Source: the human T2T-CHM13v2.0 reference genome, Homo sapiens. From it: DNA of 64,000 nt. Below, in pieces: positions 1 to 15,035 of the stretch. Both the position numbers and the translations under genes were made by a program. The stretch lies in the NCBI RefSeq assembly GCF_009914755.1, contig NC_060926.1; one strand, written 5' to 3'. Within the stretch, counting starts at the first letter, position 1, and every line of letters starts with the position of its first letter. A model generated the notes under the pieces. The model was not told the DNA's origin. It made no database searches and saw only the letters and a list, made by a program, of their open reading frames with translations.

Positions 1-3104
<3,104 letters not shown>

Positions 3105-3764
3105 ACGAACATTTGTGATTCATGAAAGGAGGTAAAAATAACAACGTTAATAGGAGTTTGGAAGAAGTTGATGGCAACCCTCATGGATGACTTTGAAGGG
3201 TTCAAGACTTCAGTGGGGAAAGTAACTGCAGATGTGAAAATCAGCAAGAGAACGAGAATTAGAAGTGGAGCCTGAAGATGTTACTGAATTGCTGCAATCT
3301 CATGCTAAAAGTTGAACAGATGAAGAGTTGCTTCTTATGGATCAGCAAAGAGAGCGGTTTCTTGAAATGGAATCTACTCCTTGTGAAGATGCTGTGAACA
3401 TTGTCAAAATGACAACAAAGGATTTAGAACAGACATAAGTTTAGTTGATAAATTAGCAGCAGGGTTTACGAGAATTGACTCCAATTTTGAAAGAAGTTCT
3501 ACTCTGGGTAAAATGCTATCAAACAGCATCCTATGCTACAGAGAAATTTTTTTTGTGTGAAAGGAAGAGTCAATGGGTGCAGCATACTTCATTGTTGTCT
3601 TATTTTGAGAAATTGCTGCAGCCAACCCAACCTGCAGCAACCACCACCTTGGTCAGTTAGCAGCCATCATTAAGGCAAAACCCTCCTCCAGTAAAAATAT
3701 TACAACTTGCTGAAGGCCCAGAAGACCACTAGCATTTTTGGCAATAAAGTATTTTTATTTATCT

Positions 3765-3896
3765 ATTTTTATTTTTATTGCGAGACAGGGTCTTGCTATG
3801 TTGCCCAAGCTAGACAGGAACTCCTGGTCTCAAGGGATCCTCCTGCTTTAGTCTACTAAGTAGCTGGAACCACAGGCATATGCCACCACACCTGGC
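3765..3896 (-). mobile_element. FLAM / Alu monomer
   Basis: gagacagggtcttgctatgttgcccaag...ccacacctggc with a T-rich tail on the left. Confidence 0.8.
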
Positions 3897-3917
3897 TTTA
3901 GCAATTAAGTATTTTTA

Positions 3918-6158
3918 TTTTTTAATTTTTAAAAATTCTTTATTTCCATAGGTTATTACTGAACAGGTGATGTTTTGTTGCATGAGTAAGTTCTTTAATG
4001 GCGATTTGAGAGATTTTGGTGTACCCATCACCCAAGCAGTATACACTGAACCCAATTTTTAGTCTTTTTTTTTTTTTAGATGGAGTTTCGCTCTTGTTGC
4101 CCAGGCTGGAGTGCAATGGCGCAATCTCGTATCGGCGCGATCTTGTCTCATCGCAACCTCCGCCTCCCAGGTTCAAGCAATTCTCCTGCCTCAGCCTCCC
4201 GAGTAGCTGGGATTACAGGCATGCACCACCAAGCTCAACTAATTTTGTATTTTTAGTAGAGACGGGGTTTCTCCATGTTGGTCATGCTGGTCTTAAACTC
4301 CCGACCTCGGGTGATCTGCCCGCCTTGGCCTCCCAAAGTGCTAGGATTACAGGTGTGAGCCACTGCGCCTGGCCCCCAGTTTGTAATCTTTTAGCCCTCA
4401 CCCACTTCCCACCCTTTCCCCCTGAGTCCCCAAAGTCCACTGTGTCATTCTTATGCCTTTACATCATCATAGCTTAGCTCCCACTTATGAGTGAGAACAT
4501 ACGTTTGGTTTTCCATTCCTGAGTTACTTCACTAAGAATAATAATCTCCAATCTCTTCCAGGTTGCTGCGAATGCCACTAATTCATTCCTTTTTATGGCT
4601 GAGTAGTATTCCATCATATATATATATGTGTGTATATACATATATGTATCATATATATGTATTTGAAATCAGGTGATGTGTATATATATACATATATATA
4701 TCACAGTTTCTTTATCCACTCGTTGATTGATGGGCATTTGGGTTGGTTCCACATTATTTCAATTGTGAATTGTGCTGCTATAAACATGTGTGTGCAAGTA
4801 TCTTTTTCATATGACTTCTTTTCCTCTGGGTAGAAACCCAGTAGTGGGATTGCTGGATCAAATGGTAGTTCTGTTAGTTCTTTAAGGAATCTCCACACTG
4901 TTTTCCATAGTGATTGTACTAGTTTACATTCCCATCAGCAGTGTAGAAGTGTTCCCTGTTCACTGCATCCATGCCAACATCTATTATTTTTTGATTTTTA
5001 AATTATGGCCATTCTTGCAGGAGCAAGGTAGTATTGCATTGTGGTTTTGATTTGCACTTCCCTGATGATTAGTGATGTGGAGCAATTTTTCATATGTTTG
5101 TTGGCCGTTTGTATATCTTCTTTTGAGAATTTTCTATTCATGTCCTTAGCCATGACCACTTTTTGTTGGAATTTTTTTTTCTCCTTGTTAATTTGTTTGA
5201 GTTGTAGATTCTGGATATTAGTCCTTTATCAGATGTATATATTGTGAAGATTTTCTCCCATTCTGTGGGTTGTCTGTTTACTCTGCTGACTGTTCCTTTT
5301 GCTGTGCAAAAGCTCTTTAGTTTAATTAAGTTCCAGCTATTTATCTGTTTTTATTGCATTTGTTTTTGGGTTCTTGGTCATGAAATCCTTGCCTAAGCCA
5401 ATGTCTAGAAGGGTTTTTCCAATGTTATCTTCTAGAATTTTTATAATTTCAGGTCTTAGATTTAAGTCTTTGATCTATCTTGAGTTGATTTTTATATAAG
5501 GTGAGAGATGAGGACCAGTTTCATTCTCCTACATGTGGCTAGCCAATTATCCCAGCACCATTTGTTGAAAAGGGTGTCCTTTCCCCACTTTATGTTTTTG
5601 TCTGCTCTGTCGAAGATCAGTTGGCTGTAAGTATTTGGGTTTATTTCTGGGTTTTCTATTCTGTTCCATTGTTCTATGTGCCTATTTTTATACCAGTACC
5701 ATGCTGTTTTGGTAACTATGACCTTATAATCTAGTTTGAAATCAGGTAATGTGATGCCTCCAGATTTGTTCTTTTTGCTTAGTCTTGCTTTGGCTATGAG
5801 GGTTCTTTTTATGTTCCATATGAATTTTAGGATTGTTTTTTCCAGTTCTGTGAAGAATGATATTGGTATTTTGATGGGAATTGCATTGAATTTGTAGACT
5901 CTTTTTGGCAATATAGTCATTTTCACAATATTGATTCTACCCATCCATGAGCATGGGATGTGTTTCCATTTGCTCGCGTCATCTATGATTTCTTTCAGCA
6001 GTGTTTCGTTGTTTTCCTTGTAGAGGTCTTTTACTTCCTTGGTTAGGTATATTCCTAAGTATTTTTTTTTTGTAGCTATTGTAAAAGGGGTTGAGTTCTT
6101 GATTTGATTCTCAGCTTGGTTCCTGTTGGTGTATAAGAGAGCTACTGATTTGTGTACA
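3918..6158 (-). mobile_element. 5'-truncated LINE-1 (L1PB-like), antisense
   Basis: Minus-strand ORF 5492-5944 is L1 ORF2-like ([13 protein letters not shown]...[16 protein letters not shown]); L1PB-type 3' end; 20-bp TSD ttagcaattaagtattttta at 3898 and 6159. Confidence 0.9.
4065..4374 (-). mobile_element. AluS (Sp/Sq-like) inside the L1
   Basis: gagtttcgctcttgttgcccaggctggagtgcaatggcg...ccactgcgcctggcc. Confidence 0.9.
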
Positions 6159-6822
6159 TTAGCAATTAAGTATTTTTAAATTAAGGTAGGTACATTGCTT
6201 TTTAGACGTAATGCTATTGCACACTTAATAGACTACAGGATAGTGTCAACATAGCTTTTATATGTACCTGGAAACAAAAAAAATTTATATGACTTGCTGA
6301 TTTCACTTTATTGTGGTGGTCTAGAACCAAAACTGCAATATCTCCAAGGTAGGCCTGTACTGGAAAAGGAGTCGGGTGACCTTGAAGATGAGCCTCAACT
6401 CTATTTGTTCCATCTGTAAAATGTAGGGGAAGGCCCAACCTATCTTCTGATTCTAATATGTTACAAACATTTTAGACAATTGCTGCTTTCCGATCATCAT
6501 CTACTTAACAGAGAAGCCGAGGGAACAGGAAAAAGGGCTAAAGTCACTGCTACTTGGAGATCAAGGAAAACAAATTAAATATAACATCACTAATGTGGGT
6601 ACACAATTGGTAGTTAACCAACAGGTAGCAGAGACATAGTAAGGAAAGATAATTCTCATAGAAAAAATTCCAATGCTGATAATTTTCTGGAAAAACATTT
6701 ATTGTTTCTTCTCCTCCTCCTCTTCCTCCTCCTCCTCCTCCTTTTTCTTCTTTTTTTCTAGCAATAGTTTCCAATCTGCTTTGGCTATAGCAGCCTATAA
6801 CACCTTAGTATTTTCTTGATTT

Positions 6823-7101
6823 TCCTTTTTTTTTTTGAGACAGGGTCACACTCTGTTGCCCAGGCTGGAGTGCAGTAGTGTGATCACAGCTCACTGCAGC
6901 CTCAACCACCTGGGTCACAGTCTCCTGAGTAGCTGGGACTACAGAACCATGGTGCCATGCCAGGCTAATTTTTGTATTTGATGTAGAGACAGAGTTTCAC
7001 CATCTTGCCGAGGCTGGTCTCAAACTCCTGGCCTCAAGGGATCTGCCTGCCTCAGTCTCCCAAAGTGCTGGGACTACCGGTGTGAGCCACCGTGCCCAGC
7101 C
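6823..7101 (-). mobile_element. AluJ-like
   Basis: Antisense Alu dimer with T tail and an internal deletion. Confidence 0.85.
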
Positions 7102-7298
7102 AATATTTGCTTGATTTTTAAACTCTTTTGGCACATGAATATATACGACTTATGCAATTTAACGAATTAAAGAAAATTTTCTTTGTAATCCATACAATTC
7201 TATTGCCACTCCTAAGGATTTCCTCCTCCCTCCAAACCAAAACCAGACGTAGGGCTGGTATGTAATAAAACCCTGGTTTCAAGCACTTTTGACTGAGT

Positions 7299-7317
7299 AC
7301 TGCCATCTAGTGGCAGT
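7299..7317 (-). promoter_or_regulatory. Candidate CTCF binding site
   Basis: Minus strand reads gCCACTAGATGGCAGt, matching the CTCF core CCASYAGRKGGCRS. Confidence 0.6.
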
Positions 7318-8569
7318 GAGTGTAACCAGCTCGGGTTTTTTGCTGGAACAAGGAACCAGAAAGTTTAATCTCAGGGTGCCAGTACCATGTAGGAAAGAAG
7401 GCTGTCAAACACCGCATCAGCCAACTTTCTGCCTGGTGCAGGTGGGTAAACAGAAACTCTCTTCAGTTCCACCTATGACTGCAAACAAAGTCACCGAGGC
7501 TAGTTCAGAGGTCACCTCCTCCGAGAAGGCTTCATTGAGTCTCTCACAGGCCCCTCTACTCTCTGTGATGTGCCAGGGCCTGTGCTTGCTTCCCTTAGAG
7601 CACTTCTCAGCTGGGCTATGTATGTCCCTCTGTCTGTCCCTCTCCTGCTCTCCAGACTATGGGCTTCTGGAGGGCAGAGGTCTTGTTTCACGCTTTCTTT
7701 TATATGCCTAGCGCCTGGCATATAAATAATATATACAAAATTACACATTATACATATATATATATATATAATTATACAATTTATGGAATAAAAATGAGTG
7801 AATGACAGAGTAAATGTCCATTACTTTAATAATGTCAGTTCCAAAAGAATGCGACATCTGCTTCTCTTAAATCATTTTGTAGACGTGGCAGATGCTGCAA
7901 AGCTTTGCCTAGAGGCTCCTGCAGGAAGAGAGAGCTTCTTCCCCAGCTGCTGGGAACTGCTGGCAGAAGGTCCTCAGCTGTAACCTTCGTTGCAAATTGT
8001 GTCAGCTGAAGAAACAGCTCGCCTAAGGCCAGCGCTCCTCCTGGGGCGGCCGTATCCAATACCTGACTAGTGTGGGAGTATGAGGGCCCACAGTTAGAGA
8101 TTCACCTCTGATTCCTGAAGATGCTGTGATGTTCCTAAGGTCTGCCCTCAGGGGCTTAATGTGTCTTCCTTGTGTTTCCTTCCCCAGGCCCTGAGTAATT
8201 CACCCCATCTCTGCACCTGCAGAAACACGCCCCTCCCACGGCCCAGGACACACTTCTAGTGTCCCTGCTCCTTCTGCACTCAGGCAAGCTCAGCTGAGTA
8301 CTGTGGTTTAATTGGCAATGTTGTCTGTGTTTTCAACTGTTCCTTTTGCCTCTGTATCCCTTTGTGTCTTGGATTGTTTCCTGGGTCTCCAGTGCCTTCC
8401 TTCCTTTCCCCTTCCTTTGACAAATAAATACCAAACTTTGTCTTGCGGAGTCTCACATTGTGAGAGATATAGAGTCCACAAGTTCTGAGTCTCCCCAACA
8501 GTGTTCGAATAAACGCTGCCCATCTTCACTTCTCAGACAGTAATTGTACCAAGGAGAGAGCTTCTAGAC

Positions 8570-8780
8570 CAGAACCCAGCGAATTTTTTCTGTAAAGGGC
8601 CAGACAGTAAACACTTTAGACTTTGCGGCCTACACGGTCTATGTTGCCACTATACAATACTGTACTGTTGGAGTACAAAAGCAGCCATAGGCGATACTCA
8701 AATGGTTCCAGTATAACTTTATTTACAAATCAGGCAGTGGGCAGGATTTGGCCCATGGATCATAGTTTGCTGATGCTGTT
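8570..8780. mobile_element. MER58-like hAT-Charlie MITE
   Basis: ttttctgtaaagggccagacagtaaa...atttggcccatggatcatagtttgctga pattern. Confidence 0.65.
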
Positions 8781-9484
8781 CTAGGCAGTCAACATCTACT
8801 TCCAGCCTGGGCTTGATCTATGGCTGTCTTGCCTGACTCACGTGTTGTCTTCCAATGAGTCTCGGCCTCTTGTAGTCTCAGGCTTGTTCTTCATGACCCA
8901 GAACTATGTCATCCAGATGTCCTGTATAGTACCTGTGTCGACTTGAAGTTCACCTAAAGTTTTCCAGTCACCTGAAGTAATAAATTCTATGCTGACCTTG
9001 CCCTATTTTATGGTGAAAGGAAACCAGTGACTTTCTCCAGTGTCTGGTAGTGATAAGCCTATGCAGAAGAATTAAGCCCGAGGATTGTTTTAGACAAAGT
9101 GCTAAACAAAGAGGGTTGTTTTAGACAAAGTGCTTAGGGAAATCCTTTCTAAACAGGAGAACTTTGAGCAGAAACCTGGCTGCATTAAGAGAGAAGATCT
9201 CTAGGGGAAGCCCGTTCCAGGCAGAAGGGCAAGTGAATGCAAAGATGTGAGGTGGCGATGTGTTTGTCACGTGGAGGAATAGTCAGGTGCCATGTGGCTT
9301 GAGCAGAGCGAGCAAAGGGTAGAGTGTAGGGGATTAAGTTAGACTTTAATCCTACACTTCTAACTGCCTGTGAAAATCAGCTTTCCAAAAACACATGTGC
9401 TGTAGCTCTGGTTATTTCCTGAAATATCAATCCCGGCCCGTTGTTATGAACAATGCCAAATTCTGTATTAAGAACTCATGACTT

Positions 9485-9774
<290 letters not shown>

Positions 9775-10237
9775 TCACTAGCACATTCATGAGCTTCTGT
9801 GTTGGAAATTTTTAGGTATCTGAACAAAGGCTGTTTGCAAACACTGTACTGCAAACATCGTACTGCAAACATCATATTGACATCACTCTTCCTCATCATC
9901 CATAAGAAAGTACCTGTATAAAGGGCTCCTTCTCTACCATGCCCGCAATCCATTAGCTATTTCTTTAGCCACCTTTATTCAAGGCAGCTTGTTAGCTCAT
10001 TACTCTTCATTATGACAAACAAATGCATAAGTTCTCTAAATACATCCACAGACCGCTGGATCAGAATCACCTGGGGCACTTGTTAAAAATAAAGACTCTG
10101 GGGTCCCTCTCACTGATCATGTAAATCAGAATCTCAAGGTTGAGCTCACGAATCAGCATTTTAAATAAGCTTCCTAGGTACTTGCTACACAAAGTGTGAT
10201 CCTCAGACCAGCAGCATGAGTCCCTGGGAACTTTTAG

Positions 10238-10572
<335 letters not shown>

Positions 10573-11089
10573 TCAGGCTCTATGCCAGGTCTAGTGAATC
10601 AGAATCCACATGTAACAAAATTCTCAGGTGTTGCCTTTGCCTATTAAAGTTTGAGAAAAACAGGCCTAGATGTTTCTTCTTACATCCTGGAGTGTGAGAA
10701 CCACTGATTTAATGCTATTAAAGGGAGACAGCAGACTTTTTCAGAATAGGGTCTACACTGAGATTTGGGTCCCAGGAAATGGTTGCTTGGCTTGCCCAGT
10801 AGAAAAGGAACTTATGCAGTCTGCAGGTTCCCTTTCTGCATGTGAGACCGCTTCAATGTACAAAGATTTTCTAGTTTTCAATGTATCCAACTGCAGAAGT
10901 GTGCCCCCTTTCTGAAGCTTGCAATGTCCTTGCTGACAATTGTTTTCCAGGAGTGTTTATCATGGCCACCGGTTGCGGAATTTCATGTTGGTATCAAATC
11001 CACTTTTGCAGGCTGGCTCTGTGCTGAGTTATTAGTGATATTCAGGTGGCTGGAAGTTTATGCAAGTCAATGTTGTTTTGTACGTATTT

Positions 11090-12210
11090 TATTCATTCAT
11101 TCAACAAGCATGCACTGAGTGTTGCTAGTTACTGTTCTAGGTGCTGAGGAGAGTGTTGAATACAAAAAATAAGTTCCCACTCTCACAGAGCTTCCATTAG
11201 AATAGAAAGGGGGAAAAAACTAACAAGCACATGAATCTGATAGCAATAGTGGTATGAGGGCAATAAATCGGCAGCACGATAGAGTGACTATGGGCAGATG
11301 GGCTCTTCGGGTGCTCTAAGGCCACTCTGAAGTTTTAAAACTATTATCTCACTCCTAGAAAAGAGAGGTGGCCATCACACCTATCAAAACCAACACTTAT
11401 TAAGAGTTCAAGTATGTGGCCCAAGGGCTGTAGGCACAGTGGTGAACGGGGCAGGCTTCTGATCTCAAGCAGTTGATGTTCCAGCAGGAGTTGGGCTGGA
11501 GGTGGGCAATAAACAAAACAAAATATAAGGAAGGCAACTTCAGGCTGCAGTAAGTGGAATAAGGAAAGAAAGAATGGCGATATCATAGAGAGAAACAGGG
11601 AAGGGAGAATGATCAGGAAATGTTCATTGAGAAGGTGATGTTAATGCCGATGCCTCAGTCGTGAGAAAGAGCCCGTCATGGAAGACCCTAGGGAACAGCA
11701 TTTAATTACAAGGAACAGCAGTGCCCAAAGATGTGAAAAAGCTTGGCTTGTGTTAGAAAGGAAGAAAGCTAAATACTACTCGAGCATCACAGTGGGTGAC
11801 GGTTGGAGAGTTTCAAGGTGAGACTAGAGAAATCACTCAGGGACACACGGGCTCAGAGATGAATGGTGGAATGGCGATGCGAATTGTGGAGGCTTTAATC
11901 ACTGGTGTGCTGGGACCAGTTCTGCTGCTGGGAGAATGGACTGTGAGGTGGAAGGGCAGAGATAGTAGGGTGTAGTAGTGGGTAGGAGGTGGAGGTGGTG
12001 GTGGTGGGAAGTGGACCATACATTCTGGGGGTAGAACCCATGGGGCCTGCTGACTGATTGAATATGGGTGATACGGGAAAGGGAAAAATCAAGAAGGCCT
12101 GCTTGGGGGCCTCAGCAGCTGAGCCAATGGCAGTGCTGCTTACAGAGTGGGGAAAGGGTAGCAGGGAGAATGCAGAGTTCTGTGTAGGGCATGTTGCATT
12201 GAAGATGACA
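11090..12210. mobile_element. Degraded L2-like fragments
   Basis: attcattcattcaacaagcatg...ctaggtgctg L2 3'-end signature and downstream purine-rich L2-like sequence. Confidence 0.5.
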
Positions 12211-13504
12211 CGGGCACTTCATTTCATACTCTAGTTTTGTAACAATTGTTTATGCCCCTTACACTTTTTTCTTTTTTGCTTCGCTTCTGTCCTGTCAGTT
12301 TCTGATAGAAGAGACGTAGCAGTTAGGATATTGTTTGGCTCCTTGCAAGAGAAAATAAGGTTTAGACAAGCAAGTACAAGGCTTGTTGAGTTGCTCAAGG
12401 AAGCCACCAAGGTCCCAGGCCCCTTCTATCTTTCTGCTCTCTTATCATTAATTTGTGGCTTTCTTCTTCATGATACAAGGTGGCAGGTAGCTGTGCCTCC
12501 GGACATTGGAAGAAAATTCTCCATGAATATTTCATAGTTTTTCATGGTTCAGGCTTTCTGAACAGAGGAAGTGTTTGGATTGCCATGGCCTTAGAAACTG
12601 AAGACAGTATCTCCCTAAAGGTATAGAACTCCTGAGAGATCTGGAGAGTTAAATTCCTCTCTTTTTCCATCTTGGAGACATTTCTTACAATCCAGGATGA
12701 TCAACCAAGTGATGCCTTCCTCTTCTCCCTTGAAGGGTATTTCTTTAATGAGTAATCTCTCCCTAGAGGGAAGGATGAGCAGATGTACCAGTGGCCTCTG
12801 AAACTCCTAATTTGGGGATGTAAACTCTGCTTTTACTTAATTCTATTCAATAGGGATAAATGGGTAGACATGTCTTTCCTATCTGCTTGAACAGAAGTAT
12901 CTTTGAATTTAACACAAATGCTTTCAGGCATACAGAGCAATGCTTAGCATGGGCCAAGGGAAGGAAAAAGGCATGACTGGAAAACCAGCACCCAGTCCTT
13001 ATTACAAACATCTCTTATAAACACACACTGCTCAGATGGTGAAAGAACAGCCCCAGAAGTAAAAATAACTACAGAACTGTTTGTCCCCTTCTCAGATGTA
13101 TTCTGCTGGTTTCTCAAAAGCTATTGAGTAAAACTAGATATCAGAATACTAAAAGGCATCTCTCATCTGTATTAACTCTGCAGCATTCACTGCTATTTAA
13201 TAAATTCAGCAATGGAAGAATGTATTTGGAACAGTAGGAAAGAGTACATAATATTAATACATATGAGAAGCTCCCAGCAACAGAGGATGCTTTGTTCTCT
13301 GAATTTTAGAAATGATTTCTAAAGTTGTTTACTAACGAATTAAATCATGCCTGAATCAGGCTTTCTCTGGTGGTTTTATTCTCCCAGTGGCAGCAGCATG
13401 CTCCTTCCCAGGACTCAGTCTACCCTGCAGGCCTTAAAAGCCTTCCTCTCTGGGCAGCTGTTTTGGATAATGCAACCCGACTCCTAGCCAATCAGTTTTT
13501 ATAT

Positions 13505-15035
13505 TTTTTGTAGATTTCAAATACAATATAATTCACATAGCATAAAATCCACCTCTTTAAAGTGTACAATCCCATGATTTTTAGTAAATTCATACAAATT
13601 TGTACATCCATTCTCACTAATTCCAGAAATTTTAATCACCCCTAAAAGAAACTATGGAATCATTAGCAGTCATTCCCTATTTTTCTCTTGCCCAGCCCCT
13701 GGCAAGCACTAATCTATTTTCAGCCTTTATAGATTTAAGTAAATCTATATGCCCAGAACAAGTTTCTGGGTATTACTTATAAATAGAACCACACAATATG
13801 CAGCCTTTTGTGTCAGGCTTGTTTCACCTGCATAATATTTTCACGGTTCATCCATGTCAGTATGTATTCATTCATACTGTTCATCAGTATTTCATTCCTT
13901 TTATGGCTGAATAATTTTCCACGGTTTGGATAGATCACATCTGTTTATCCATTTTTCAGTTCATGAACATTTGGGTTGTTTCCACATTTTGGCTATTATG
14001 AATAGTGCTGCTACAAACATTCTTACGCTGTATTTTGCATGAACCTATGTTTTCCATTCTCTTGGGTATATACTTAAGAGTGGAATTGCTGGGTCACATT
14101 TTGAGGAACTGCCAAATTGTTTTTCCAAAGTGGCTGCAGCAGTTTACATCCTCACCAGTAACGTATGAGGGTTCCAATTTCTCCACATCCTTGACATTTG
14201 TTATCTTTTTTGATTCAAGCCATCCTAGTGCGTGACAAGCGGTATCTCACTGTGGTTTTGATTTGCATTTACCTAATGATGAATGATGTTAAACATCTTT
14301 TGATGTGCCTATTGGCCATTTGTCTATCTTCTTCAGAGAAATGTCCATTTATGTTCTTTGCCCATTTAAGACTTAGATATTTTTATTATTGAGTTGTAAG
14401 AGCTTTCTATATATTCTGGATACTAGATTCTTATCAGGTATATGATTTGCAACTATTTTCTCCCACTTTGTAGGTTGTCTTTTCACTTTCTTAATAGTCC
14501 TTTGATGCACAAAAGTTTTAATATCGATGAAGTTCAATTTATCTGTTTTCTCTTTTGTTGCATGTGCTTTTGGTGTCATATTTAGGAAACTGTTGCCTCA
14601 CCCAAGGTCACGATGATTTAAACCTATGTTTAATTCTAAGAGGTTTATAGTTTTAGTTCTTATACTTAGGTCTTTGATCCATTTTGAGCTAATTTCTGCA
14701 TATGGTGTGAGGTAGGGGTCCAAACTCACTTATTTGTGTATGGATGTCCAGTTGTCCAGTTATAATTTATTTAAGATTATTCATTCCCCATTGAATAGTC
14801 TTGACATCCTTGTCAAAAATCAATTGATCGTATGGGTATGGATTTATTTCTAGATTCTTAATTCTATCCCATTGATCTGTTTTTCTATCCCTATGCCAGT
14901 ACCAGGCCATCTTGATTTACATAGATTTGTACTAGGATTTAAAATTAGGAAGTGTAAGTCCTCCAGATTATATTGGCTACTCTGGGTTCCTTGCACCTCT
15001 AAATGAATTTTAGGATCATTTCTGCAAAGAAGGCA
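13505..15035 (-). mobile_element. Old LINE-1 (L1MB-like) 3' portion, antisense
   Basis: Minus-strand ORF 14373-14579 is L1 ORF2-like (KRQPTKWEKIVANHIPDK); L1 3' UTR features. Confidence 0.85.

Larger units (their letters stand above)
3105..6357 (+). mobile_element. Tigger1 DNA transposon 3' portion, split by FLAM and L1 insertions (pieces ~3105-3757 and ~6159-6357)
   Basis: Tigger1-like sequence (ctcatggatgactttgaagggttcaagacttcagtgg) and terminal repeat aatatctccaaggtaggcctg followed by TA at 6358. Confidence 0.82.

Noticed and set aside
5492-5944. 150-aa L1 ORF2-like ORF
   Set aside because: Fragment of a truncated, mutated L1; not an independent gene or active element
12850-13350. Unique-looking sequence considered as a processed pseudogene or small-RNA copy
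   Set aside because: No recognisable ORF, poly-A/TSD or known RNA motif by eye; would need BLAST to assess
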